From contig DHVU01000007.1 in NCBI GenBank assembly GCA_002412825.1, forward strand, positions 3,066-67,065: DNA of 64,000 nucleotides, written 5' to 3'. Made by a program: the position numbers and the translations under genes. This DNA is from Spirochaetaceae bacterium UBA5200. Lineage in GTDB: Bacteria; Spirochaetota; Spirochaetia; Treponematales; UBA12059. This document shows, one piece after another, positions 26,947 to 37,015 of this stretch. Every line of letters starts with the position of its first letter. The first letter of the stretch is position 1. The notes below the pieces were generated by a model. That model saw only the letters and a list, made by a program, of their open reading frames with translations. It was not told the origin of the DNA and searched no databases.

Positions 26947-28245
26947 ATGAGCATTATCGAATACGTAGAGGCGCGCGAGATCCTGGATTCACGGGGCAAC
27001 CCCACCATAGAAGTAGATGTCGTGCTTGAAGACGGCACCGTTGGCCGCGCGGCCGTGCCCTCGGGCGCCAGCACCGGCGAGCATGAAGCGGTTGAGCTTC
27101 GCGACGGCGACAAAAAGCGCTTCCTGGGCAAGGGCGTGCTCAAGGCTATCGAGAACGTAAACAACGTCATAGCCGGCGAGCTCTGCGGCTTAGACGTCAC
27201 CGAGCAGGTCGATATAGACCGCACCATGATAGACCTCGACGGCACCGAAAACAAAGGCAAACTGGGCGCAAACGCCATACTCGGCGTGTCCATGGCCTGC
27301 TCGCGCGCGGCCGCCGAATACCTGGACATGCCCCTTTATAAGTACTTAGGCGGCGCCCACACCACCCTGCTTCCCGTGCCCATGGCCAATATCATAAACG
27401 GCGGCAAGCACGCGGACAACAAAGTCGACTTCCAGGAATTCATGATTATGCCCCTCGGCGCCGAGACTTTCCGCGAAGCCGTGCGCATGACCGCGGAAGT
27501 CTTCCACAACCTCAAGAGCATACTCAAGAGCGACGGCCACAACACCTCCGTAGGCGACGAAGGCGGCTTCGCCCCCAACATCGGCAACGAAGAAGCCTTA
27601 GACTACATCATGAAGGCCATAGAGAAGGCCGGTTACAAGCCCGGCGAGCAGATAAGCATAGCCATAGACTGCGCCAGCTCCGAACTCTTCGACGAAGGCG
27701 ACAAGAAGGGCTACAAGTTCTGGAAGTCCAACCCCGGCAAGCTCTTCAGCGCCGACGAGCTCATAGAGATGTACACCAAATGGGTGGGCAAGTATCCCAT
27801 CGTGTCCATAGAAGACGGCCTAGACCAGAACGACTGGGAAGGCTACGTCAAGCTTACCAAGGCCCTGGGCAACAAAATACAGATCATGGGCGACGACTTC
27901 TTCGTAACCAATACCCAGTATCTGCGCAAGGGCATAGACATGGGCGCCTGCAACTCCATACTCATCAAGCTCAACCAGATAGGCACCGTTACCGAGACCA
28001 TCGAGTGCATAAACCTGGCCAAGCGCCACAACTACACGGCGGTCGTGTCCCATCGCTCCGGCGAGACCGAGGACACCTTCTTAGCCGACCTGTCGGTAGC
28101 CCTCGAAACCGGCCAGATCAAGACCGGCTCCATGAGCCGCACCGACCGTATCTGCAAGTACAACCAGCTCATGCGCATAGAAGACGCCATGGAAGGCATA
28201 GCTGAATACGCGGGCCGCAACGCGTTCTACAATATCAAGAAGTAG
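26947..28245 (+). CDS. eno: enolase (phosphopyruvate hydratase)
   Basis: The 432-aa product starts [25 protein letters not shown] and contains [15 protein letters not shown] lies upstream of the start. Confidence 0.97.
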   Translation: MSIIEYVEAREILDSRGNPTIEVDVVLEDGTVGRAAVPSGASTGEHEAVELRDGDKKRFLGKGVLKAIENVNNVIAGELCGLDVTEQVDIDRTMIDLDGTENKGKLGANAILGVSMACSRAAAEYLDMPLYKYLGGAHTTLLPVPMANIINGGKHADNKVDFQEFMIMPLGAETFREAVRMTAEVFHNLKSILKSDGHNTSVGDEGGFAPNIGNEEALDYIMKAIEKAGYKPGEQISIAIDCASSELFDEGDKKGYKFWKSNPGKLFSADELIEMYTKWVGKYPIVSIEDGLDQNDWEGYVKLTKALGNKIQIMGDDFFVTNTQYLRKGIDMGACNSILIKLNQIGTVTETIECINLAKRHNYTAVVSHRSGETEDTFLADLSVALETGQIKTGSMSRTDRICKYNQLMRIEDAMEGIAEYAGRNAFYNIKK

Positions 28246-28263
28246 GCTTTCCCCCAGCGAATG

Positions 28264-28296
28264 AAACCGCCTCCTCAGGGGGGCGGTTTTTTATTT
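28264..28296 (+). terminator. rho-independent terminator of eno
   Basis: CCGCCTCC-TCA-GGGGGGCGG is followed by TTTTTTATTT, 19 nt after the eno stop. Confidence 0.8.
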
Positions 28297-28477
28297 GGGC
28301 GCATTCCCGCGCCGCTTTGTAGAGGCTCAAGCCGACTCCGCTACTCTCCGGCGGCGGAGCCGCGCGGGCGCGGCGCGGGAACCGGGCTATACGCTGCAAG
28401 CCGCGCCTGGCCAGGCGCGGGCTTTCCGCTCCTATCCCTTGCGCATATGCAAATCCAGGCCGACCCTTTAGTAGGGT

Positions 28478-29440
28478 TTAACCCGGTAGTCGTCCAAAGC
28501 GCTTAAGCCAGCGCAGAGCTTCAAGCGTGAGGACGCCCGTCCACTCGATTCGAGCCTGCCGCCATGCATCTTCATAGGCGCCCCAGCTCCAGTTGGGTTC
28601 AAGAACGCCTGCAGCTTCCAGACGCTCGACCAGCCAATCCAGATGGGCGCTTATAGCCTCGTCCCTTATGCCGAAGCGCTCGTCCGAATCCAAAGGCAGG
28701 AACTTGAGCGGGGCCGGAACATAGTCGCCCCAATGCGCCGGATCCGCGTCCACGTGCTGGGCGACCCCGCGATACAGGCTTGCTTTAAAGGCAAAAGCAA
28801 GACCTTGGGGAAGAGCCGCGTAGAGACGGATATAGCAGTACAGCTCGTGCGGCGAACCGTAGCTATCCCTGCCATTAAGTTCGGCCGTGGCGGCGGCTAC
28901 GAGCCTTTCAGCGTCCAGGCGCTTAAGCATATAGCGGCAGGCATAGAGCTGCCCGATGAGCTCAGCTGATGGGTTGCCCCAGTAGGCGTCTATGGGCGTA
29001 TGGCCTGATGATTCATCGCTATGCCACCAAGGGGCATGCGGATAGTCGTTCACGCTTGGAGGCACCGCATACCAAGCGCCGCGCTCTTGATCATACCCTG
29101 ATTCAAGATAGCCAACCGCGGCTTCAATCATGGCCCTTCTGCTTGGGCTGTCCGGCAGAGCGAGCAGATGCCGCAAGCCCACCGAACTAGCCATAGGGGA
29201 TGAGGCGGGCAGGCGAAAATCTGACTCAAGGGCCTTCCCAAAACCGCCATCGGCATTCTGGAAAATACGGAGACGGCTAAGAACATCTCCGGCCGGCGCG
29301 CCTTCAAAATCAAAAGCAAAAAGCGCAGCCTCCAACGGCCGCGCCTCGTTCAATAAGAAAGCCCGCGCCTTGGAAAAGGCCGCGCTACACAAGCGGGGCT
29401 CAACTCCTACCGTGTAGCGCATGGAATCTTTTCTACTCAC
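28478..29440 (-). CDS. hypothetical protein (possibly an alpha/alpha-toroid, prenyltransferase-like fold)
   Basis: The 320-aa ORF has a GTG start at 29440 or an ATG at 29422. A QNADGGFG segment recalls terpenoid cyclase/prenyltransferase repeats. The family assignment is uncertain. Confidence 0.55.
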   Translation of the reverse strand: MSRKDSMRYTVGVEPRLCSAAFSKARAFLLNEARPLEAALFAFDFEGAPAGDVLSRLRIFQNADGGFGKALESDFRLPASSPMASSVGLRHLLALPDSPSRRAMIEAAVGYLESGYDQERGAWYAVPPSVNDYPHAPWWHSDESSGHTPIDAYWGNPSAELIGQLYACRYMLKRLDAERLVAAATAELNGRDSYGSPHELYCYIRLYAALPQGLAFAFKASLYRGVAQHVDADPAHWGDYVPAPLKFLPLDSDERFGIRDEAISAHLDWLVERLEAAGVLEPNWSWGAYEDAWRQARIEWTGVLTLEALRWLKRFGRLPG

Positions 29441-29903
29441 GCGCGCCTGGCCTCCGTACGAGCTCTAGGTGCTCTATGCCGAACTCCTCGAATTCCTCGC
29501 CATATTTCTCTTCTTCCTTGGATATCTGCAGTATGCGCTCGTAGCGGGCGTCATGGTCTTCGTCCTCGGCCGGCGCGTCGCCATGCTTGCGTGCCCAGTC
29601 ACGGTCTGCCAGCCTTGCTACCAACTCTTCCCAGAAGATATCCTCATCATAGTCGTCGATCAGGCTCTGCAGGTCTTCTTCAAGCTCGCCGTTCAGGAAA
29701 TGCCCGTCGAGTTCCTTATCATAATGTATAAGGTCTTTCTTACCGCCCTTGAAGACGGTTGCCAGTATGTGTTGCTTGAAGTCGTTCATGCTCTCGTCTT
29801 GTTCTTCGGGCGACTTGGTGGCGTTTACCACCCAATTGGCTAGTTGCACGCTCCGTACCAGTTGCACGATCTGCTCATTATCAAACTCGATACTTAGCTT
29901 CAT
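29433..29903 (-). CDS. hypothetical acidic protein (156 aa)
   Basis: I chose ATG 29903, preceded by AGGAAAGGAG. The product is very acidic (EEDLQSLIDDYDEDIFWEEL). I recognised no family. The upstream part of the ORF-track version (to 30383) lacks coding character. Confidence 0.6.
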   Translation of the reverse strand: MKLSIEFDNEQIVQLVRSVQLANWVVNATKSPEEQDESMNDFKQHILATVFKGGKKDLIHYDKELDGHFLNGELEEDLQSLIDDYDEDIFWEELVARLADRDWARKHGDAPAEDEDHDARYERILQISKEEEKYGEEFEEFGIEHLELVRRPGARE

Positions 29904-30081
29904 ACCGGTGCTCCTTTCCTTCGTCCTAGGCGACGCACACGTAATCATAGGCCAATTGCTCAGGCGATTCAACCGCCGCAGCAGGCGCTCGATGGAGCCC
30001 TTGCATCGTCTGGCCCCTCCGTATAGTATTTTCGCGTATAGATCAGCGCGCTGCGGAACAGCGTCGCGAAAGCGAGGCTCC

Positions 30082-30549
30082 ATGAATAAGCGCAATGTTG
30101 CCGGGATTGGATGCATAGCCCTCGGCGTCCTGAGCATACTCAATTTCTGGGCGCCGGTACCGATGCCAACCGTGGGGCCGTCGGCCTTTATAAGCGGCGG
30201 CCTCCTGATACTCTTGGGCCTGTTTCTGCGCATGCCCCGAGGCCCTAGCGGCCGCGTGGAATGGAGCAGGTTCGCCGCTTTGTTGCGCTCAGGCGATGAC
30301 GCGCCAAAGCCTAAGGCCGCTCTGAGCCGCCCAGCCGACCCCCTGCTCACCGTTAAGGTACTGCGCCTGGCAGCCGATTCCAAAGGCAGACTTACGGTTA
30401 GTCATACGGCTATGGGCCTGGACGTGCCCCTCGACCTAGCCCAAGCCGCCTTGGACGAATGCGCGCTCAAAGCTGTGGCCTACATAGACATTAACGACGA
30501 TACGGGCATTAGCTCCTACTGCTTCCCGGAATTCCTGCCCAACGATTAA
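30082..30549 (+). CDS. hypothetical membrane protein (155 aa, two N-terminal TM helices)
   Basis: I chose ATG 30082 (MNKRNVAGIGCIALGVLSIL...). It is divergent from the 29433-29903 gene. Its stop overlaps the MFS gene stop within TTAA. Confidence 0.55.
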   Translation: MNKRNVAGIGCIALGVLSILNFWAPVPMPTVGPSAFISGGLLILLGLFLRMPRGPSGRVEWSRFAALLRSGDDAPKPKAALSRPADPLLTVKVLRLAADSKGRLTVSHTAMGLDVPLDLAQAALDECALKAVAYIDINDDTGISSYCFPEFLPND

Positions 30550-31733
30550 ACGCGCGCCGGCCGACCCCTGCGCCTGGCGCTAAGCACGATGAGCAGGCAC
30601 ATGCCGCCCAAGGCCATCACGGGTATGAGCAGCATCTGCTCCACGCCTACTATGCCCTTGACGACGCTGCCCACGGGCATGGCCAGGAAGCTGCCGGTGG
30701 CGGCGGACAGCATCATAAAGGTTGGGAAGCTGCGCTTAAGGGACTCCGACATATCGGTGCCCAGCGTAAAAATAGCGGGAAAAAGGCCTGACAAGAACAA
30801 CCCGGAAAGAAAGCAGGCCAATAACATGGAAGTATCCCCGCGGAGTATCCATAACGAAAGCAACGATGCTATGCCCAGAAGGCCTGACGCAAGTACATAT
30901 AAACGCGGCCGTATGTGCTGCAGGGCAAACCCCGCTAAAAAACGCCCAATAAGCACTGCTATCCAGAACGCGGAAACCGCGGCCCCTGCAAACAAAGGAT
31001 CCTTGCCCAGCGCTTCGCGCATATACACGGGAGTCCAATACGTAAAGGAAAATTCCGCCATAATGTACAGCACGATAGAAGCGCATATAAACCGTAGAGG
31101 CGCGTTCATCGTGCCCGTATCACGGGCTTCGTGCGGCCTCTCGCTATACAAGTCCCTAAAGTTGGCGCGGATCGTTAGGATCAATGCCGTGATCAACAGA
31201 GCCGCGAACAACGCATAGGCGTATTTCCAGGAGTAGCCGTTCTTGAGCATAAGCCCGGCTATGAAGGGGCTGCTCACGCCGCCTACGCTGTACAGGAAGT
31301 TAATCATCGTTATATGAAAAGCCTTTCGCTTACCCTCGTAGAGGTCCACGAGTATCATATTCGATGTGGAGTAAATGCCCCCTATGCCTATGCCGGCGAG
31401 CAAAAGGAAAAAGGCCAAAACGGCTGCGCTGCGGCTCAGCCAGAGCCCGCCGATCGCGAGCACTATAAGAACCGGCGCTATGCGCACATAGTACTTCTTA
31501 TCTACTAACGGCCGCTTCATAAAGATGCCATTGGCAATAATGCCAATAAACCGGCCTATCATAAAGAGAGAGAAACAGTAGCCTATCGTAGCCGTGGTAG
31601 CAGCCAGGTCTTGGGCCAGGGCGCTGGTTACCGCGCCGCCTATATTGATAAAGTAGCCCACGAGGAAAAAGAGCAGGTAGGAGCTGAGGGTGAGGAGCGC
31701 TTTGTTTTTCACCCGGCGAGTATAGTGGAGCAT
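30546..31733 (-). CDS. MFS transporter
   Basis: The 395-aa product has about 12 predicted TM segments and an MFS-like loop motif (GRFIGIIANG). Confidence 0.8.
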   Translation of the reverse strand: MLHYTRRVKNKALLTLSSYLLFFLVGYFINIGGAVTSALAQDLAATTATIGYCFSLFMIGRFIGIIANGIFMKRPLVDKKYYVRIAPVLIVLAIGGLWLSRSAAVLAFFLLLAGIGIGGIYSTSNMILVDLYEGKRKAFHITMINFLYSVGGVSSPFIAGLMLKNGYSWKYAYALFAALLITALILTIRANFRDLYSERPHEARDTGTMNAPLRFICASIVLYIMAEFSFTYWTPVYMREALGKDPLFAGAAVSAFWIAVLIGRFLAGFALQHIRPRLYVLASGLLGIASLLSLWILRGDTSMLLACFLSGLFLSGLFPAIFTLGTDMSESLKRSFPTFMMLSAATGSFLAMPVGSVVKGIVGVEQMLLIPVMALGGMCLLIVLSARRRGRPARV

Positions 31734-31801
31734 AGAGCTCTGGACAAGTATGGCGCTCCATTACGCTTGACCGGGCGGCTGATTCGTATACAGTTAAGGC
31801 T

Positions 31802-32326
31802 ATGAATACTGTATCGTTCCCCTGCGCCCGAGGCTTTCAACGCGGCGCGCTCATAGCCGCTATACTCGCGCTAGTAGCGCTTGCTCCCCTGTGCGCGCAG
31901 GAACAGCCCATAGCTAGAAACCTTGCGCTCAGCGACCAATTCGGCAATGAAATGAAACTCGGCGAGCTTGCGGGTAACGCGACGCTTATCATCGTCTATT
32001 CAGCCGAGCGTGACGCGGCGGATTATCTGTCCGCCTGGCATGAGGCCATCAAGGCTATACTGCCCGCGGGTACCAGGCTCGTCGCCGCGGCTGATTTAAG
32101 CGCCGTACCCTTCTTCGTGCCTAAGGGAGCAATTATCAAGCAGCTTGCCGCAGACTATCCTGCCTTGCCCATACTCCTCGACTGGAAGGGCTCCCTGTCC
32201 AAAGCCCTTGCCCCGGGCAAGGATAAGGCCGTGGTAGCGCTGTATAGAGGCGGTTCGCAAATTATAAAGGTCCGCGGCATAGCCAGCGCGGCCGAAGCCG
32301 CGCGCCTTATAGCGGCCGTACGCTAA
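31802..32326 (+). CDS. hypothetical secreted protein (thioredoxin-fold-like, no CxxC)
   Basis: The 174-aa product has a signal peptide. Its redoxin-like layout (LSDQFGNEMKLGELAGNATLIIVYSA) lacks the catalytic cysteines. Confidence 0.55.
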   Translation: MNTVSFPCARGFQRGALIAAILALVALAPLCAQEQPIARNLALSDQFGNEMKLGELAGNATLIIVYSAERDAADYLSAWHEAIKAILPAGTRLVAAADLSAVPFFVPKGAIIKQLAADYPALPILLDWKGSLSKALAPGKDKAVVALYRGGSQIIKVRGIASAAEAARLIAAVR

Positions 32327-32332
32327 TGCGCC

Positions 32333-33382
32333 ATGGGTAAAACCGTAGTCGCGGTTTTTTCAGGCACCGGCAATGCATTCCGGGCATCCACGCTCGTCAC
32401 GCAGGAACTAAAAGTAGCCGCCCATAGCGTAGAGACGCTGGATTTATCAGCCGGAGCCGCACTCCCCGCGCTCGGAGCGGGCGACACCCTCATACTCTGC
32501 ACATCTACGCTCGGCTTCTCGCCGCCCTCGACGGTCATGAGCCGCCTCAAAGCGGCGCCTCGCTCGCCCGGCGCGCGCGCCGCGGTGCTGTTCGTCTGTG
32601 GCGGCATAATGAGCAAGGGCACGATATCCGGCGGCTGGAGCGGCGCCGCGCCGCTTGTTAGCCTTGCCCTGCTTAAGAGCAAGGGCTACGATGCCCTCGG
32701 TTCGGCCGACGCCTCCTATCCTGAGAACTGGACGCAAGTCACCGAAGCCGCCATGGGAGCGGATCAGGAGGCCATAATCGCGCGCGGCGACGCGGAGGCA
32801 CGCGCCTTCGGTAAAGCCGTTGCCGAGGGGCGGCCCGGCTTTATTAAGCGCAATATGCTCACGAGGAGCCTTGGGCGCTTTATAGGCTTTATCTTTAGGA
32901 ATATAGCGCGCCGAGTCCTTGCCAAGCTTTACATAGCGGACGACCGTTGTACGTCCTGCGGGCTCTGCGCCCGCAGCTGCCCGGCCTCCGCTATCGTCAT
33001 GAAAGGCGGCCTTCCATCCTGGGCGGATCCCTGCTGCGCCTGCAACCGCTGCATCAACATCTGTCCCGCCGCGGCCATACAAAGCTCCACGGCGCGTCTC
33101 GTCCTTTTCGTGGCGCTCAATCTCGTAGCCGTCTTTGCCTCGTCGCCTGCCGCCCGCGCCCTGCTCGCCTGGATAGCGCCTTCGCTCTCGGCTCCGGCTC
33201 ATGGGCTGCTGTCTATTACCCTTAGCCTAGCCTTATACGGCGTTTTTTGCGCCCTGCAGCTCGGGCCGCTCGATCGCCTGCTATGCACTTTGGAACGCAA
33301 ACCTGCGCTGCGCCGGTTCTTTACCGCGAGCTTTACGCGGGGCTTCCGGCGTTACTTAGCCCCCGGCTTCAATAAAGAGTGA
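32333..33382 (+). CDS. EFR1-family ferredoxin (flavodoxin-like domain, 2x[4Fe-4S] motifs, C-terminal TM helices)
   Basis: The product contains VAVFSGTGNAF at the N-terminus and the motifs CTSCGLCARSCP and CCACNRCINICP. Hydrophobic helices follow. Confidence 0.7.
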   Translation: MGKTVVAVFSGTGNAFRASTLVTQELKVAAHSVETLDLSAGAALPALGAGDTLILCTSTLGFSPPSTVMSRLKAAPRSPGARAAVLFVCGGIMSKGTISGGWSGAAPLVSLALLKSKGYDALGSADASYPENWTQVTEAAMGADQEAIIARGDAEARAFGKAVAEGRPGFIKRNMLTRSLGRFIGFIFRNIARRVLAKLYIADDRCTSCGLCARSCPASAIVMKGGLPSWADPCCACNRCINICPAAAIQSSTARLVLFVALNLVAVFASSPAARALLAWIAPSLSAPAHGLLSITLSLALYGVFCALQLGPLDRLLCTLERKPALRRFFTASFTRGFRRYLAPGFNKE

Positions 33383-35592
33383 AGCGCCATGGCAAGGCGC
33401 TCAAGCGTATAGGGCTTTGACAGCAGGGAGCGCCTATCCTCTACCACGGGAAGCAAGTCCGCGGAATAGCCTGATACGAAGAGCGAACGCATGGCCGGAA
33501 AGCGCTTCTTTAGCCGCTCCTCGAGTTCAACGCCCGATAAGCCGGGCATAACCAAGTCGCTGACCAAAACGGCCGGCTCGCGCGCCGATCCTTCCAGGGT
33601 AGCGCACGCTTCCTTGGAATCGGTGAACACCCAGGGCTCGTAACCCAGCGTGCGTAATTGACGTTCGCCTATGGAGGCAAGTTGCGCGTCGTCATCCACC
33701 AGGACTACCAATTCGCCCGTGCCTCGCATAGCCTCTTTTGCTTCGCTCTCCGCCAGCGGCGCTATAGCCGTGCTCAAGGGAAAATACGCCTTGAAGCTGC
33801 TCCCGCGGCCCGGTTCGCTGTATACCTGTATGAAGCCCTTGCTCTGCTGCATTATGCCGAATACCGTAGAAAGGCCCAGGCCTGTTCCCTTACCCGAAGG
33901 CTTGGTGGTAAAGAATGGCTCAAAGATACGTTCCCTCAGCGCGTCGTCCATGCCGCAACCGGTATCGCTTACCGTAAGCAGGGCATAGTCGCCGGGCACG
34001 AAGGAAGCATGTATGTCCGCATCCTCCTGGCTAAAGCGTATGCTCTCCGTTTCTATGATGATGGATCCTGAACCCGCGATGGCGTCGCGGGCGTTGACGA
34101 CCAGGTTCGTCAAGAGCTGATCAAGCTGCGAATCATCCACGAATACCCGAAGCGGCGCCGCGCAAGGCTTTAGCACAAGGCTGATCGTTTCCGGCACGAG
34201 CCTGCGCAGCAGCTTGTGCATGGAGCTCAGCGCGGCGTTCAATTCCAGCGGTTTAGGATCGCTCATCCCCTTACGAGCAAAGGTAAGGAGCTGCTTAGTA
34301 AGCATAGCAGAGCGCATTACCCCTTCTTTTATAGCCTGGAAACTATGCGCCGCCTCTCCACCGCCAGTGCCGCCGGCTTCGGCATCCATCATGCCAAGCT
34401 CGCACTCGGCCAAAATGGATTGCAGGGTATTGTTAAAATCATGCGCAATGCCGCCGGCCAGGCGACCTATGGAATCGAGCTTTTGAAGATGGAAGGCCTC
34501 GCTTTCGGCCCGCTTCCGTGCGTCTATATCGCGTATGGAGCTTATCACCTGCAGCTCGCCGCCTATCATCACCGCGGTAAGCGACACCTCGGACCAAAAC
34601 ACGCGGTTGCGGCTATCGCGCATGCGCCATTCGAACAGCTGCGGCCCTTCCTCCGCGCTGCGCTCCAGCATCTTCAAGGCGCGGTCCTCGTCATAGGGAG
34701 GATCGAACGCCATATAGGCGGCAAAGCCTCCGGGCTTGAACAGCTCAGCCTCGCTGGTCTTGAATAGCCCGAGCGCGGCCTTATTCGCCTCGAGCAGCTG
34801 GGTAGTCTTGCCGCGATGGAGGAGGATGGCGTCGCCGGCCGAGTCGAACACCTCACGGTAGCGCTCTTCGCTGCGCAAGAGTTCCTGCTGGAGCCTATCC
34901 CGCTCGCCGAGCGACGCATGGAGATTCCTCCGCATGGCCTCAAGCGTATGAGCAAGTCCGTCCAATTCCCGCGTCTTGCCCGCCTTAGCCGCTTGACCTG
35001 ACCATTCCAGGGGCTTATCGAGCGTATCCAGGGTAAGGTGGCGCGTAAGCTCGCTCAGGCTCGTAAGCGGTTCGGTAAGCCACAGGCGGAATAAACGATA
35101 CTGCAGCAGGAAAGCCGCGCCAAGCGCGCCGATAAGCACGAGGGCTAGCAGAGCGGACGTTCGTAGCGCATCGCGCAGTAGTTCGCTCCGGGAAAAGTAT
35201 ACGCTGAGCACGCCCAGCGGGGGGAATCGCTCGTAGATCAATTTAAAGTCCCTCCGCTCCACGCTTTCGTTAGCGCCGGGATCGGAGAGGCTATACGTGG
35301 TATCGTCGGTTCGCATCTCGAGTTTGTGCACATAGGGCAGATAGAGCATGGTGCGAAGGTATTCCTCAGTCTGGGGGCTGAGCTCCCAAAGCAGCGCTGA
35401 CAGGCGGGGTACGTTTACCCGCTCAATGACCGACGCGCTGCTCTCCAGATTACGAAAACCGGCTATAAGCGTAAAAACGACTGCGAGCGCAGACAGGCTC
35501 AAGCCCACGGCGAGCGATACCCCGAGCAGGGTGCGGCCTAAGAGCCTGGCTACGCTGGGTTTACTCGCGATGGTATTCGCCGTCACATGCAC
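33352..35592 (-). CDS. hybrid sensor histidine kinase (TM sensor, PAS, HisKA, HATPase_c, REC)
   Basis: The 746-aa product has a GTG start. It has an H-box (IAHDFNNTLQ), an N-box (LVVNARDA), G-boxes (DTGCGM, GTGLGLS) and a receiver domain (LVSDLVMPGLSG). Confidence 0.85.
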   Translation of the reverse strand: MHVTANTIASKPSVARLLGRTLLGVSLAVGLSLSALAVVFTLIAGFRNLESSASVIERVNVPRLSALLWELSPQTEEYLRTMLYLPYVHKLEMRTDDTTYSLSDPGANESVERRDFKLIYERFPPLGVLSVYFSRSELLRDALRTSALLALVLIGALGAAFLLQYRLFRLWLTEPLTSLSELTRHLTLDTLDKPLEWSGQAAKAGKTRELDGLAHTLEAMRRNLHASLGERDRLQQELLRSEERYREVFDSAGDAILLHRGKTTQLLEANKAALGLFKTSEAELFKPGGFAAYMAFDPPYDEDRALKMLERSAEEGPQLFEWRMRDSRNRVFWSEVSLTAVMIGGELQVISSIRDIDARKRAESEAFHLQKLDSIGRLAGGIAHDFNNTLQSILAECELGMMDAEAGGTGGGEAAHSFQAIKEGVMRSAMLTKQLLTFARKGMSDPKPLELNAALSSMHKLLRRLVPETISLVLKPCAAPLRVFVDDSQLDQLLTNLVVNARDAIAGSGSIIIETESIRFSQEDADIHASFVPGDYALLTVSDTGCGMDDALRERIFEPFFTTKPSGKGTGLGLSTVFGIMQQSKGFIQVYSEPGRGSSFKAYFPLSTAIAPLAESEAKEAMRGTGELVVLVDDDAQLASIGERQLRTLGYEPWVFTDSKEACATLEGSAREPAVLVSDLVMPGLSGVELEERLKKRFPAMRSLFVSGYSADLLPVVEDRRSLLSKPYTLERLAMALHSLLKPGAK

Positions 35593-35730
35593 GCTTCAGG
35601 CTCCTTACCGTATACGGTACTACTATAAAGGCTGCATAATACAAAGGCCAGAGCGCCTGCTGTTTTTTCCGCGCGGGATAAGGTAAAGCCATACGCTTCC
35701 GCTTCACTTTTTGAGGAACAGGCCGCATAA

Positions 35731-36951
35731 TTGAGCACGGAGGCTCTTATGTACGAAGAACGCGCACGGTCGGCTCTTGAATACACCGCTAAGCTTATAG
35801 AGCGCTTCGGCTCCCGCCTTGCGGGCAGCGAAGCGTGCCTAAACTGCGCGGACGCGCTGCTGGAAACAGCCAGGATGCACGCGGATGACGCTCGCTCGGA
35901 AGACTTCCGTATGCATCCCGGGGCCTTCCTCGGCTTTATACGCATACTCGTCGTCCTCTTCCTCATTTCCGCGCTTACGCTGCCCCTCGCTCCCATACTC
36001 TCCGCCGCTCTTATGAGCGTGGGCATGGCCATACTCGTCCTGGAGTTCATGCTCTATAAGGAGCTTATCGATCCGCTCTACCCCGTACGTACCGGCAGGA
36101 ACGTAAGCGCCGTCCTTGAGCCCACGGGCCCGGTAACGCGCCAAATCCTTATAAGCGGCCATCATGACTCGGCACATATATTCAATTTCTATGTGAACCA
36201 ACCGGAAAAATACGCGCTTCGCGTATACGGCGGCATAGGCTCCTTCGCCCTGCTATGGCTTGCCAGCCTCGCCTTAAGCCTTGCGAACGCCGCGCCACTC
36301 GTGCTTGCCATCGCGGCTCTCGCCTTTCTTGCCGACTTCGTGCTGGTGCTTCCGCTCTGGCGCTTCGCCGCCTCGGAAGGTACGCCAGGAGCGGGAGACA
36401 ATCTTGCCGCATCCGCCGCTACCATGGAAATGCTCAAAGAGCTCAAGGCTCGGCGCGACGAGGGACGCGGACTGCAAAACACTCGCGTTATATTCATAAG
36501 CTTTGACGCCGAGGAGGCGGGCTTGCGCGGAGCCCGCGCCTGGGCGCGCGATAATGCAGGACGTATAGCCGAGAAGCCAAGCTGGCACTACAACATGGAT
36601 TGCCTCTATAGCGCGCGGGACGCCCGTTTTCTGACGAGCGATATCAACGGTTCCGTGCGTCTGTCCGCGCCGCTCGCCCAAGCCTGCGCAGAGGCAGCCC
36701 GAGAGGCTGGCGTTGAGGCGGCCGTGGAACCTATAGCCTTCCTTACCGGAGGCACCGACGCCGCGGAGACCGCCAAGGCCGGGGTACGCGCCACCACGCT
36801 TATTGCCATGCAATGGTCAAACGAAGAGCGATCCTCGGTGTACCATACCCCGGCCGACGATGTAAGCGCCGTGGAACCGGCCGCGGTGGAATTAGCCATA
36901 CGCGTAGGCCTCCGCCTGGCCGAGCGCTTGGACGCGGGTGAGCTCGACTAG
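35731..36951 (+). CDS. M28-family metallopeptidase with N-terminal membrane region
   Basis: The product contains GHHDSAH, FDAEEAGLRGARAW and YHTPADD (M28 zinc ligand motifs). The start is TTG 35731 or ATG 35749. Confidence 0.75.
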   Translation: MSTEALMYEERARSALEYTAKLIERFGSRLAGSEACLNCADALLETARMHADDARSEDFRMHPGAFLGFIRILVVLFLISALTLPLAPILSAALMSVGMAILVLEFMLYKELIDPLYPVRTGRNVSAVLEPTGPVTRQILISGHHDSAHIFNFYVNQPEKYALRVYGGIGSFALLWLASLALSLANAAPLVLAIAALAFLADFVLVLPLWRFAASEGTPGAGDNLAASAATMEMLKELKARRDEGRGLQNTRVIFISFDAEEAGLRGARAWARDNAGRIAEKPSWHYNMDCLYSARDARFLTSDINGSVRLSAPLAQACAEAAREAGVEAAVEPIAFLTGGTDAAETAKAGVRATTLIAMQWSNEERSSVYHTPADDVSAVEPAAVELAIRVGLRLAERLDAGELD

Positions 36952-37015
36952 GCACCGCGCCGGCATCCGCCCGTTCCGCCTTTACTATTTAAAACCGCAT
37001 GCTATACTATTGCCC

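Noticed and set aside
26769-27329. N-terminal 187-codon extension of the patatin-like ORF
   Set aside because: The extension is antisense to the 5' part of eno. A signal-peptide-bearing start (MNTKKSF..., ATG 26768) is the sensible start. Similar upstream extensions were trimmed for purD (to 9354), the NifU-like gene (to 17217), 29433-30383, 29749-30549, 36938-37549 and 50399-51280.
28261-28506. 81-aa plus-strand ORF after eno
   Set aside because: It begins inside the eno terminator hairpin, is Gly/Arg/Ala-rich and has no RBS. The region is better explained as an intergenic spacer containing the terminator and a second GC-rich hairpin (GCCGCGCCTGG/CCAGGCGCGGGC).
33352-33382. 31-nt overlap of the convergent genes 32333-33382 (+) and 33352-35592 (-); also the shared TTAA stop at 30546-30549 and the 1-nt gap between convergent stops at 7877/7879
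   Set aside because: Tight or overlapping convergent 3' ends are common in compact genomes. I saw no additional structure and do not consider them significant on their own.
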